From an uncultured delta proteobacterium (lineage in GTDB: Bacteria; Myxococcota; Myxococcia; SLRQ01), in assembly GCA_963727485.1 (NCBI GenBank), contig CAVSGM010000011.1, positions 832,001-896,000 of the forward strand: a stretch of DNA of 64,000 nucleotides, given 5' to 3'. The notes under the pieces are model-generated. The model searched no databases, was not told where the DNA came from, and saw nothing but the letters and a program-made list of their open reading frames with translations. Each line of letters begins with the position of its first letter. Position 1 is the stretch's first letter. The position numbers and the translations under genes were made by a program. Below are positions 30,406 to 40,366 of this stretch, piece after piece.

Positions 30406-30870
30406 GTGAGTTGTTCAGCCGCAGTGGGCATCCGCGAGCGCACAACCTACGAGTGGCTGCGGCGGTATCGGGAAGAATGCCACTCCGGCCGGCTAGCCCA
30501 GGTCGAGGTGTTCGGGGACGACAAGGATGAGACGACCCACGGCTACCTCCAGCGCGCGGTCGACTGGCGTGAACGCCACGGCATCGACGTCCGGGCCATC
30601 ACGACCGACAACGGCAGCAACTACCGCTCCCGGGACCTCCGTCGCGCCGTGGATGAGCGAGGCCTGCGGCACATCCGCACCAGGCCGTACACGCCCAGGA
30701 CCAACGGGAAGGCCGAGCGCTTCGTCCAGACGTCGCCAGGCGAGTGGGCCTACGCCCGCCTTTACACGAGCTCCGCGGAACGGGCGAGGACCCTCGGCAA
30801 GTGGCTGCGCCACCACAACCTCGACCACCCTCACGGTGGTCTCGCCGACAGGCCACCCATATCCCACAAC
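30406..30870 (+). mobile_element. IS481-family transposase remnant (internally deleted)
   Basis: TDNGSNY, RTRPYTPRTNGKAERF, EWAYAR, H.PHGGL..RPPIS; HTH fragment RTTYEWLRRYRE joined directly to the core; ends approximate. Confidence 0.85.
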
Positions 30871-30904
30871 CAGGCCCTGGTGCCCCGGTGGCGCGACGGG
30901 CCCG

Positions 30905-32017
30905 TCAGGTCTCGTCGCGCGACGCGCCGATCTTGTGGAAGACCAGGTCCTCGACGGTGGTCTTCACCGTCTCCCACACGAGATCGCGATCGGTGCACCG
31001 GGCGAAGATGCCGAGCGGGATCTGGAACCCACCCTTGTCGCGCCGGCCGCCACCGTAGTAGCGCCCGGAAGGGTCGATCCCGAACAGGTCCTTGAGCCAC
31101 TTGTCCGGGTCGACGGTGTTGCTGGTGGTCCGCAGGGAGCCGTCGATGAGGCTCCCCGAGACGATCCCGTAGACCACCACCGTGTCCACGCCCTCACGCC
31201 GGAGGAGGTAGTCGGCGGCCTCGCCGATGCCGTCCCGGTCCTCGTCCCGGACGTAGCCCACGCCGGCGATGAGGTAGTTGCCCTTGATGACCTTCTTGTC
31301 GAGGGCCACCTGGAGGATGTCCATGCTCTTGGAGGAGATGGACTGCTGGGAGATCACCTGGAGGAGCTCCCGGTCGACGTAGGGCGCCAGGAACGCCGAG
31401 GCCTCGAAGTCGATGGGGCGCCCGGCGATGAAGTCGTCGGTGTCGGCGCGGATGCCGTACATCAGGGCGGTGGACATGCGCACGGTGATGGCCGCCTGGG
31501 GATCGACGCCGACCCGGCCCTGGGCCAGGTACTCGCAGTAGATGGCGCAGGTGGAGCCCGCGTCCTCCCGGACGTCGACGAACTCGCCCTCGATGGGCCC
31601 GATGGACTTGTGGTGGTCGACCAGGCTCACCAGGCCCATGCGCGCCGGGACCTCCACCGGGAGATCGGGGCTCTGGGTGTCCACCAGGCAGTAGCCGGTG
31701 TAGGGCGAGAGATCGAAGCCGGCGCTCCAGGGGACCATCTCGATCTCCAGGCGCTTCACCATCGCCCGGTTCTCGTGGTGGGAGAGGTCCTCGAAGTGGA
31801 TGATGTCGGCGTCCACCCCGAGGCTCTGGCACAGGTACTGGTGCACCAGGGCCGAGGCGATGCTGTCGGGATCCGGGTAGCCCTTGATGAAGATCGCCAG
31901 ACGCTCGCCCTGGTGCCGGAGCAGGGCCGTCTCCAGGGCCTGGACCCGGGTGCCCCGTCCGGGGAGCTGGAGCGGCGCCGCCTCGTCTTCCACCACCTGT
32001 TGCTTGGTTCCCGCCAT
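30905..32017 (-). CDS. DHH-family phosphoesterase
   Basis: PDPDSIAS, LVD, VDHH, GIRADT, GSLR...GGG. Confidence 0.9.
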   Translation of the reverse strand: MAGTKQQVVEDEAAPLQLPGRGTRVQALETALLRHQGERLAIFIKGYPDPDSIASALVHQYLCQSLGVDADIIHFEDLSHHENRAMVKRLEIEMVPWSAGFDLSPYTGYCLVDTQSPDLPVEVPARMGLVSLVDHHKSIGPIEGEFVDVREDAGSTCAIYCEYLAQGRVGVDPQAAITVRMSTALMYGIRADTDDFIAGRPIDFEASAFLAPYVDRELLQVISQQSISSKSMDILQVALDKKVIKGNYLIAGVGYVRDEDRDGIGEAADYLLRREGVDTVVVYGIVSGSLIDGSLRTTSNTVDPDKWLKDLFGIDPSGRYYGGGRRDKGGFQIPLGIFARCTDRDLVWETVKTTVEDLVFHKIGASRDET

Positions 32018-32126
32018 GACCGTGCACTATAGCACCGCCGGTGGCCGTGCCAGGGACCGGGGAGGGACCGGTGGGAGAGCCGGCCATTGACACCTCGGTG
32101 ACGATCGGTCAAACACTCCGGCACCC

Positions 32127-32732
32127 ATGCGTCTGGAGCCCAAGGAGACCGGCTGGATCGAGGTCATCTGCGGCCCGATGTTCTCGGGCAAGACCGAGGA
32201 GCTGATCCGCCGGGTGAAGCGGGCCCAGATCGCCCGGCAGGCGGTCCAGATCTTCAAGCCCCGCATCGACGACCGCTACCACGCCTACAAGGTGGTCTCC
32301 CACTCCCAGGTCTCCGAAGTGGCGACCCCGGTGGATCGCGCCGACGAGATCCTCACCCTGCTGGCGGCCGAGACCGACGTGGTGGCGGTGGACGAGGGGC
32401 AGTTCTTCGAGGCGGAGCTGGTGGAGATCTGCGAGCAGCTCGCCTCGGCGGGCAAGCGGGTGATCGTCGCCGGCCTCGACCAGGACTACCGGGGCGTGCC
32501 CTTCGAGCCCATGCCCCAGCTCCTCGCCGTCGCCGAGTACGTCACCAAGCAGCTCGCCATCTGCGTGGTCTGCGGGAACCCCGCCAGCCGCTCCCAGCGC
32601 ATCGTCGACACCGCCGATCGGGTGGTGGTCGGCGCCGGGGGCACCTACGAGGCGCGGTGCCGCGCCTGCTTCGACCCGGGCCACGACGCCGAGCCCGCCC
32701 CCGACCAGCCCGAGCTCGACCTGAAAGGCTAG
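32127..32732 (+). CDS. tdk: Thymidine kinase
   Basis: GPMFSGKTEEL, DEGQFF, AGLDQDYRG, Zn cysteines CVVC and CRAC. Confidence 0.96.
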   Translation: MRLEPKETGWIEVICGPMFSGKTEELIRRVKRAQIARQAVQIFKPRIDDRYHAYKVVSHSQVSEVATPVDRADEILTLLAAETDVVAVDEGQFFEAELVEICEQLASAGKRVIVAGLDQDYRGVPFEPMPQLLAVAEYVTKQLAICVVCGNPASRSQRIVDTADRVVVGAGGTYEARCRACFDPGHDAEPAPDQPELDLKG

Positions 32733-32736
32733 CCCC

Positions 32737-33552
32737 ATGCGCGACCACACCTACGACCACATCCCCTGGAAGCCCTCCGAGATCGCGCACCGCTACGGCG
32801 CCGGGGTCCACATCCTCGCCGACCCGTTCCTCCTGGGGCAGCTCGCGGTCCTCTGCGCCAAGGGCACCATCCAGCCCGAGGTGAACCGCCTGGTGGCGGA
32901 GATCTACCGGAGCCTGGTGAAGGTGGCGATCAACACCGAGTTCCCCCGGCACCCGGTGAGCATGCCCACGCGGATGATCGAGCACACGCCCCAGGGCATC
33001 TTCCAGGGCGAGGTCATCGACCCGGAGACCCGGGCGGTGACCGTGAACATCGCCCGCGCCGGCACCCTCCCCAGCCAGATCACCTTCGATCTGCTCAACA
33101 CCGTCCTCGACCCGCCCCTGGTGCGCCAGGACCACATCATCATGAACCGCACCACCGACGCCGAGGGCCACGTGACCGGCATCGACGTGGGGGGCTCGAA
33201 GATCGGCGGCGACGTGGACGACGCCATCGTCCTCTTCCCCGATCCCATGGGGGCCACCGGCGGGTCCCTGTCCACCGCGCTGGACATCTACAAGCGCGAG
33301 GTCCAGGGGGCCCCGCGCAAGCTGGTGGCCCTGAACCTCATCGTCACCCCCGAGTACCTCAAGCGGGTGAAGGCCGATCACCCCGAGGCCATCGTCTACG
33401 CCGTGCGCCTCGATCGCGGGCTCTCGCCCCCGGAGATCTTCGACACCGTCCCCGGCGAGCGCTGGGACGAGGAGCGGGGGCTCTCGGACAAGCAGTACAT
33501 CGTCCCCGGCGGCGGCGGCTTCGGGGAGATCATGAACAACGCCTTCGTCTAG
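32737..33552 (+). CDS. upp: Uracil phosphoribosyltransferase-like protein (divergent)
   Basis: NIARAG, PDPMGATGGS PRPP-binding loop, YIVPGGGGFGE. Confidence 0.8.
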   Translation: MRDHTYDHIPWKPSEIAHRYGAGVHILADPFLLGQLAVLCAKGTIQPEVNRLVAEIYRSLVKVAINTEFPRHPVSMPTRMIEHTPQGIFQGEVIDPETRAVTVNIARAGTLPSQITFDLLNTVLDPPLVRQDHIIMNRTTDAEGHVTGIDVGGSKIGGDVDDAIVLFPDPMGATGGSLSTALDIYKREVQGAPRKLVALNLIVTPEYLKRVKADHPEAIVYAVRLDRGLSPPEIFDTVPGERWDEERGLSDKQYIVPGGGGFGEIMNNAFV

Positions 33553-33571
33553 CCCGTCCGAAAGGAATCCC

Positions 33572-34120
33572 ATGGCCCTCCCCGAGCTCTCCCAGGACGT
33601 CACCGTCTTCCTCGAAGCGGAGAAGATCCAGGCCCGCGTGGCCGAGATGGGTGCCGAGATCACCCGCGACTACCAGGGCCAGGGCCTGACCCTGGTGGTG
33701 ATCCTCAAGGGGTCGTTCGTCTTCGCCTCGGACCTCGCCCGGCACATCGATCTGCCGCTGGCCGTCGACTTCATCGGGCTCTCGTCCTACGGCTCGGCGA
33801 CGGAGAGCTCGGGGGTGGTCCGGATCACCCAGGACCTCTCCCAGGCGATCGAGGGTCGACATCTGCTGGTGGTAGAGGACATCATCGATACCGGGCTGAC
33901 CATGAAGTACCTCCTCGAGAACCTCCAGAGCCGTCACCCGGCGAGCATCCGCGTCGCCAGCCTCCTCGAGAAGCCGGCCCGCAACCAGCACGCGGTGGAG
34001 ATCGACTACCGCGGCTTCGAGATCCCCGACGCCTTCGTGGTCGGCTACGGTCTCGACTTCGGCGAGCGCTACCGGAACCTGCCGTTCCTGGGCGTGCTCC
34101 GCGAGGAGGCCCGTGACTAG
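33572..34120 (+). CDS. hpt: Hypoxanthine phosphoribosyltransferase
   Basis: ILKGS, SSYG, VVEDIIDTGLT, FVVGYGLD. Confidence 0.96.
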   Translation: MALPELSQDVTVFLEAEKIQARVAEMGAEITRDYQGQGLTLVVILKGSFVFASDLARHIDLPLAVDFIGLSSYGSATESSGVVRITQDLSQAIEGRHLLVVEDIIDTGLTMKYLLENLQSRHPASIRVASLLEKPARNQHAVEIDYRGFEIPDAFVVGYGLDFGERYRNLPFLGVLREEARD

Positions 34121-35127
34121 CGGGGACAAGAAACCAGGGCCCGACGTCTTCTCCATCCTCTTCGAGATCACCCAGCGGATGGCGCGCGGGGTGCCGCTGG
34201 AGGAGGCTCTCACCGAGATCGCCAAGGCGGCCGCCGAGCTCTCCGGCGGGGACGGGTGCTCGGTGATGCTCCTCGACGAGGAGCGCACCGCCCTGCTGTC
34301 CCGCGCCACCTTCGGGATCCCCGACGCGGAGGCCCACCTGGTCCGCTTCCGCCTCGGGGAGGGCATCGCCGGCTGGGTCGCCACCCACGACGAGCCGGCC
34401 CGGGTCGGCGACACCGCGGGCGACGATTGCTTCAAGGCCCTCGAGGGGCAGACCACGCGCATCCGCAGCATCTGCTGCGTGCCGCTGTCCACCCGCGACG
34501 GGGTCATCGGCGTCATCACCGTCCACGCGGCGAGGCAGCAGGCGTTCAGCGACGAGCACGAGCGGCTCCTGCGCTTCCTCGCCGCCTCCATCGTCAAGGA
34601 CGTGGAGAACGCACGCCTCTACCGCCTCGCGGTCACCGATCCCCTCACCCGGGTCTACAACCGCCAGTGGCTCTTCGAGCGGCTCCCGGCGGAGATCGAT
34701 CGCCACCGCCGCTACGGCGACCCCCTGGCCCTGGTGATGTTCGACGTGGACCACTTCAAGAAGGTCAACGACACCTACGGCCACCAGGTGGGCGACGACG
34801 CCCTCAAGGCGCTCGCCATGGCCGCCCTCGAGGTGGTCCGCGAGGTCGACGGGGTGGTGCGCTACGGGGGCGAGGAGTTCCTGGTGATCTCGCCGAAGAC
34901 CGACGCCGCCGGCGCCGCGGTGGTCGCCGAGCGCCTCCGGGAGCGGGTGGAGGCGGTGCGCATCCCCGCCGGCGACGCCACGGTGAAGATCACCATCAGC
35001 CTCGGGGTCGCCGAGCTGGGCCCCTCGGACCGGGAGGCCGCCGATCTCCATCGCCCGGGTCGACGCCGCCCTCTTCGAGGCGAAGAACTCCGGCCGGAAC
35101 CGGGTGGTCGTCGCCCCGGCGGGGTAG
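34113..35127 (+). CDS. GAF-GGDEF diguanylate cyclase; +1 frameshift at about 35049
   Basis: GAF, DVDHFKKVNDTYGHQVGD, REVD I-site, RYGGEEF; removing one C restores IARVDAALFEAKNSGRNRV and TAG 35127. Confidence 0.9.
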
Positions 35128-35206
35128 GGCCGTGGCCTCGCTCGCGGTCGGGACCGGGGGTCACGTCCTTTACAGGGGCGTGTCGCGGGGATAGACCTCC
35201 CGTGCC

Positions 35207-36154
35207 ATGTACGAAGACGAGACCGAGATGAAGCCCACGAGGAGCGCCGGCGGGGGCCTGGGCCGCGCGCTGAAGAACCTCCTCCTCCTCATCCTTGTCC
35301 TGGCCCTCGGCTTCGGCTTCCTCTACCTGGTGGCCGAGCGCAACGCCCGGCGCTACTTCCTGGTGCCCGAGGGGGGCAACCTGGTGGTCAAGCGCGGGAT
35401 CTTCTTCCCCGTCGGCGAGAAGCCCTACCTCCCCGACGACCCGGGGCTGGCGGCCGCCTACGCGCCCATCCCCCTGCCTGCGACCGGACCCAAGGTCGGG
35501 CCCCAGGACTTCGAAGAGCGCTCGGACCTCGACCGCACGCTCTTCGACGAGCTCCTCGCCTGGGCCAAGCCGCGGATCCACAGCGGCGAGTCCAAGAGCA
35601 TGGAGAAGGGCATCTACTATCTGCGGCGGGCCGAGAAGCTCCCGACCTACACCGAGGCCCAGCGGACCACCCTCGAGGAGCTCCAGGGCGAGGTGAGCTA
35701 CTACGAGGCCAAGCGGCGCCTCGGCGACGCGGTGGACACCCTGGAGAAGGTGGCCCAGCAGCTCAAGCGCGCCCGGGACTCCGGGAGCGCCCGGGCCCAC
35801 GAGAGCCAGGCGCTCCTCGCGGCGATCGAGGGGCACGTCGACGCCCTCCAGGGCGTCCTCGATCGGCTCAAGGGGGGCGGGAAGCTGCCGCTGCCCGCCA
35901 CCGACGGGGGCGCGGCGCCGACGCCCGTGCCCCAGGGCACCGAGGAGACCGGGGGGGCCACCGGTGCCGCCCCGGCCCACGAGGCCACGACCCCGGCCCC
36001 GGCCCACGAGGCCGCGACCCCGACGCCCCACCGGGCGCCGGCGCCGGCTCCGTCGGCCCCCGCGCCCCGCACCCAGGCCACCCCCGCGCCCCACACCCAG
36101 GTCGCCCCCGCGCCGGCGAAGCAGCCCGCGGCCGCCCCCGCCGACGGGCAGTAG
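35207..36154 (+). CDS. Hypothetical membrane-anchored protein with Pro/Ala-rich tail
   Basis: N-terminal TM, helical middle, PAPAHEAT repeats; upstream TTTACA-N17-TAGACC. Confidence 0.8.
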   Translation: MYEDETEMKPTRSAGGGLGRALKNLLLLILVLALGFGFLYLVAERNARRYFLVPEGGNLVVKRGIFFPVGEKPYLPDDPGLAAAYAPIPLPATGPKVGPQDFEERSDLDRTLFDELLAWAKPRIHSGESKSMEKGIYYLRRAEKLPTYTEAQRTTLEELQGEVSYYEAKRRLGDAVDTLEKVAQQLKRARDSGSARAHESQALLAAIEGHVDALQGVLDRLKGGGKLPLPATDGGAAPTPVPQGTEETGGATGAAPAHEATTPAPAHEAATPTPHRAPAPAPSAPAPRTQATPAPHTQVAPAPAKQPAAAPADGQ

Positions 36155-36227
36155 ACCCGGTCGCACCCGGGCCCACCCGGTCGGCAACTGGCGATGAACG
36201 CCGGGCTTCTCTAGACTGGGTGTCCCC

Positions 36228-39200
36228 TTGGCGAAGCCCGGTGGCCTTCAGGCCGGGCCGGAGGCGCGTGCGATGCGGGTGTTCGGCGAGCGCGGGCTCG
36301 CGGCGGTGCTACCCCGATACCTCTTTCTCGAGCCTCTCCTGGCCCGCGCCCGGGTCCTCGAGGTGGGGCTGTGGCGCGCCACCGACGGCGACGCCGCCCG
36401 GCGCCTTCACGCCCTCGGGGCCGCGGAGGTGTTCGCCGTGGACGCGGGGATCGCGGCCGCCTGGGCCGACGGGGTCCGCTGCCTCCCGTTCGCCGCCGGC
36501 GACGCGCTCCCCGACGACCTCCCCGCCGGGGCCTTCGACCTGGTGATCTGCGGGGACGGCGCCTGGCTCCTCGCCCACCTCGAGGCGGTGGCGCGCCTGC
36601 TCTCGCGCCGGGGGCACCTGGTGGTGTGGGCCGCCGAGGCCGAGGGGCTGCTCACCGAGGCCCTCCTCGGGGCGTCGGCGGGCCAGGGGCCCGGGTACGC
36701 CGAGCTGGTCGAGCCCCTGAACGCGCACTTCGAGACCGTGGAGGTGGTGGTCGAGTCCACCTTCGTGGGCACCTCGCTGGTGGCCGCCGGCACCGACCCC
36801 GACGGCCTCGCCCTCGACGACCGGCTGATCACCGACGACGAGGCGGCCCTGGGGTACCTCCTCCTCGCCGGGCGTGGGGCCACCGGGCTCTCGGACCAGG
36901 CGCTGGTGCAGCTCCCGACCGCCGGGTTCCTGGCGGCGGCCGCGGACCTCGAGGCGGCGGAAGAGCCCGAGGTGGCCGCGGAGCTCGAGGCGGCGGAAGA
37001 GCCCGAGGTGGCCGCAGAGCCCGAGGCGGCGGAAGAGGCCGAAGCAGCCGACGCGGACGCGGCCGTCCCCACCGGAACTCTGGAGGAGGCCGCCGCGCGG
37101 CTCCTCGCCGCCCGGCACCGGGCCGACGCCGCCGACCGGGGCCGACAGGCCTGGCGCCGCCGGGCCGAGACGGCGACCCGGGCCATCGCTGCCGCCGAGA
37201 AGGACGCCGCGCGGGAGGCCTTCCGGGCCGAGGAGGCCCAGCGCCTGGGGTTCGAGGTCGAGTCCCGGGCCCGCGCCCTCGCCGCCGAGGTCGAGGCGGC
37301 CCGCGGCGAGCTCGAGCGCCTCCGGGAGGTCGCCGCGGCCGCCACGGCCCGGGGCGACGAGCGGGACACCTGGCTCGCCGGGCTCCGGGAGGAGGTCGAG
37401 CGCCTCGAGGGGGAGCTCGCCGCGGTCCGGGAGGCCGAGGACGGGCTCCGCAAGGCCCTCGCCGAGACCACCCGAGCCCGTGACGCGGCCCTCTCCGCCG
37501 CCGAGGAGGCCCGCGCCCAGGGGACCGCCCGGGCCCGGGAGCGCGACGCCGCCCAGGGCGAGGCGGAGGCCACCGCGGTGCGCCTCGGGGCCATCGAGGC
37601 CGAGCTTCGTGGGGTCCAGCGCCGGCGCACCAGCCTGGAGCAGACCCAGGCCCAGCTCCGCGCCGAGGTGGAGATGCTCCGTGGGGCCCTCGAGGAGGCC
37701 CGGGCCGATCACGCCGTCACCGCCGAGCGGGCGCGGGGGCTCGAGGCCGAGCTCGCCCGGGTGACCGAGGCCCGGGACGGGCTCGAGGCCGAGCTGAAGA
37801 CCGCTGGCGCCGAGCTCGAGGTCCGGGCCGGGCGCCTCGAGGCCCTCCTCGCCCGCGCCGACGGCGCCGAGGCCGAGACCGGGGCCCTGCGCCAGGCCCT
37901 CCGGGAGGCCCGGCGCGCCGAGGAGACCCGCGCCCGAGAGGCCGACGCCGCCCTCGCCGAGGCCCGCGCCGAGGCCGAGTCCCGGATCCGGGCCGCCGAG
38001 ACGGAGGCCGAGCGCCTCGGGTCGGAGCTCGCGGCGGCGGGTGAGCGCACCGCCGAGCTCGAGTCCGACGTGGTGGCCCTGGTCAACGAGCGCGAGACCC
38101 TCCAGGCGTCCCTCCAGGACGTCGACGCCCGGGTGGCCGCGGCCCGGGAGGAGGGGCAGGGCGCCGCCGACGAGGCCCTCGCCGCCCTCGAGGCCGAGCG
38201 GGCCCGGGCCGCGGGCCTGGAGCAGCGCCTCGCCGAGGTGCAGGCCGAGACCCGCCTCGAGGTGGAGACCGCGCGCCGCGTCGCCGAGGAGGCCGAGGCG
38301 GACGGGGAGCGCCGCGTCGCCGAGGCGGAGGCGGAGGGTGAGCGGCTCGTCGCCGAGGCGGAGGCGGAGGGTGAGCGGCTCGTCGCCGAGGCCGAGGCGG
38401 AGGGTGAGCGGCTCGTCGCCGAGGCCGAGGCGGAGAGCGAGCGCCGGGTCGCCGAGGCCGAGGCCCGGGCGGAGGCCGCCCTCTCCGAGGCGGAGGCGAC
38501 GGTCGCCGAGCGGGTGGCCGAGCTGGAGGCGGAGAGCGAGCGCCGGGTCGCCGAGGCCGAGGCCCGGGTCGAGGCCGCGGAGGCGCGGGCCGGCGACGCC
38601 GAGAGCAGGTTGGAGGCGGCCGAGCGGGCCGCCAGCGAGGCGGCCAGCCGCCTCGAGGAAGCCGAGCGCCGGGCCGGCGACGCGGAGTTCAAGCTGGAGG
38701 CCGCCGAGACCGACGCCAGCGACGCCGAGGCGAAGCTGGCAGACGCCGAGCGCCGGGCGACCGAGGCAGAGGCCCGGGTCGAGGCCGCCGAGCGCCGGGC
38801 CAGCGACGCCGTCGACGCCCGGGACGTGGCCGACGGGGCCCGGGCCGCCGCCGAGGCGGCTCGCGACAAGGCCACCGCCGACCGGGAGGCCGCGGAGGCG
38901 GCGCGCGCGGCGGTCGAGCGCGCCCGGGACGAGGTCGAGGCCGCGCGGGCGGCGCTTGCGGGTCGCCTCGAGGCGGCGGAGGCCGCGGCGGAGGAGGCCG
39001 AGTCCAGGCTCGCCGACGCCGAGACCCGGGCGAGCGATGCCGAGTCCAGGCTCGCCGACGCCGAGACCCGGGCGACCGACGCCGAGTCCAGGCTCGCCGA
39101 CGCCGAGACCCGGGCGAGCGATGCCGAGTCCAGGCTCGCCGACGCCGAGACCGAGGCGGCCGAGGCGGCCGGCGCCCGGGAAGCCGCGCTCGAAGCCGAG

Positions 39201-40356
39201 CGCGACCGCCTCGCCGCCACCCTCGAGGAGGCCAGGGACCACGAGGAGGCCCTCGCCGCGTCGGTGACCCGGTTGACCGAGGAGAAGACGGTCCTCGAGG
39301 GGCGCCTCGAGGTCGGCGCCGGGGATGCCCAGGCCGATCGGGATCGCCTCGAGGCCCTCGAGGCTGAGCTGGAGGCCGAGCGCCGGGCGAGCGCCGAGCT
39401 CCGGGACGCCCTCGCCGAGGCCCAGGCGGCGACCGGGCGCGCCGAGGCCGCCCTCGCCGAGGCGAAGGCCAGCCCGCCGCCGCCCGAGGCCCCCGAGGCC
39501 CCCGAGGCCGAGGCGGGCGGGGGCCTCCACGACCAGCTCGTCACCGTCGAACGCGAGCGCACCGAGCTCGCGCGGGAGGCCGCGTCCCTCCGGGAGAAGA
39601 TCCACGGCCTCGAGCAGGCCCGGACCGCCGCCGAGGCCGAGCGCGACGACCGGGAGGCCACCGTCGCCGAGCTCCGGGCCAGCCTCGACCAGGCCCGGGC
39701 CCAGGTGAGCCAGATCCGGGAGGAGGCCGAGGCCCAGCGCCAGGCCGCCGAGGGCGAGGCCGCCGAGGCCCGGGCGGGGGTGGTCGCCGAGCGGGACCGC
39801 CTCCGGACCACCCTCGCCGACCGCGACGCCGAGGCCGGCCGCCTCGCCGAGGCGGAGGCGGGCCTGCGCCAGGAGGTGGCGCGCCTCCAGCTCGAGCTCC
39901 AGCGGCAGGGGGCCCAGGCCCAGGTCCTCCAGGCGCGCCTCGAGGAGGCCACCCAGGCCGCGCCGGCCGCCGAGGTCGCCGCCACCCCCGGGAAGCCCCC
40001 CATCCCCGACGAGGTCCTCCATGACCTCGAGTCCCGCCTCGACGGGGCCCAGAGCCGCGCCCGGTCCCTGGCCGACCGCCTCGACGCCGCCGAGACCCGG
40101 GCCCGGGAGGCCGACGACCGGGCGCAGGCCCTGACCCGGGACCTCGCGGCCGCCCGGAAGGCCAGGGAAGCACCCGAAAAGACTGGTGAAAAACCCCAGG
40201 AGGGGGCCGCCCCGGAGGACCTCGAGGAGCGGGAGCACCGCATCGAGCTCCTCCAGCGGGAGGTCTCCGACAAGACCGATCGGATCCAGCGTCTCCTCGC
40301 CGAGATTCGAGAACCTGCAAAAACGTGGGATTGGAAGGTTCTTCCGCGGCGGTTGA
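36228..40356 (+). CDS. Methyltransferase-fold N-terminus plus very long coiled coil; frameshift at about 40308
   Basis: RVLEVG..AVD..FDLVIC SAM-fold motifs; about 1100 aa of Ala/Glu/Arg coiled coil; corrected end LAEIENLQKRGIGRFFRGG with stop at 40356; start uncertain. Confidence 0.82.
36948..37037 (+). repeat. 36-nt tandem repeat x2.5 (LEAAEEPEVAAE)
   Basis: Units begin at 36948, 36984 and 37020. Confidence 0.85.
38316..38465 (+). repeat. 33-nt tandem repeat x4.5 (VAEAEAEGERL)
   Basis: Units begin at 38316, 38349, 38382, 38415 and 38448. Confidence 0.9.
38997..39152 (+). repeat. 42-nt tandem repeat x3.7 (AESRLADAETRASD)
   Basis: Units begin at 38997, 39039, 39081 and 39123. Confidence 0.9.
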
Positions 40357-40366
40357 TACCCCCGAG

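Noticed and set aside
38316..39152. Regular repeats as a possible CRISPR array
   Set aside because: In-frame tandem coding repeats without unique spacers; no cas genes
17430..40310. Frameshifts at about 17440, 22160, 35049 and 40308 as programmed frameshifting or phase variation
   Set aside because: Isolated single-base indels in short runs with no slippery heptamer or long SSR; sequencing error is more parsimonious
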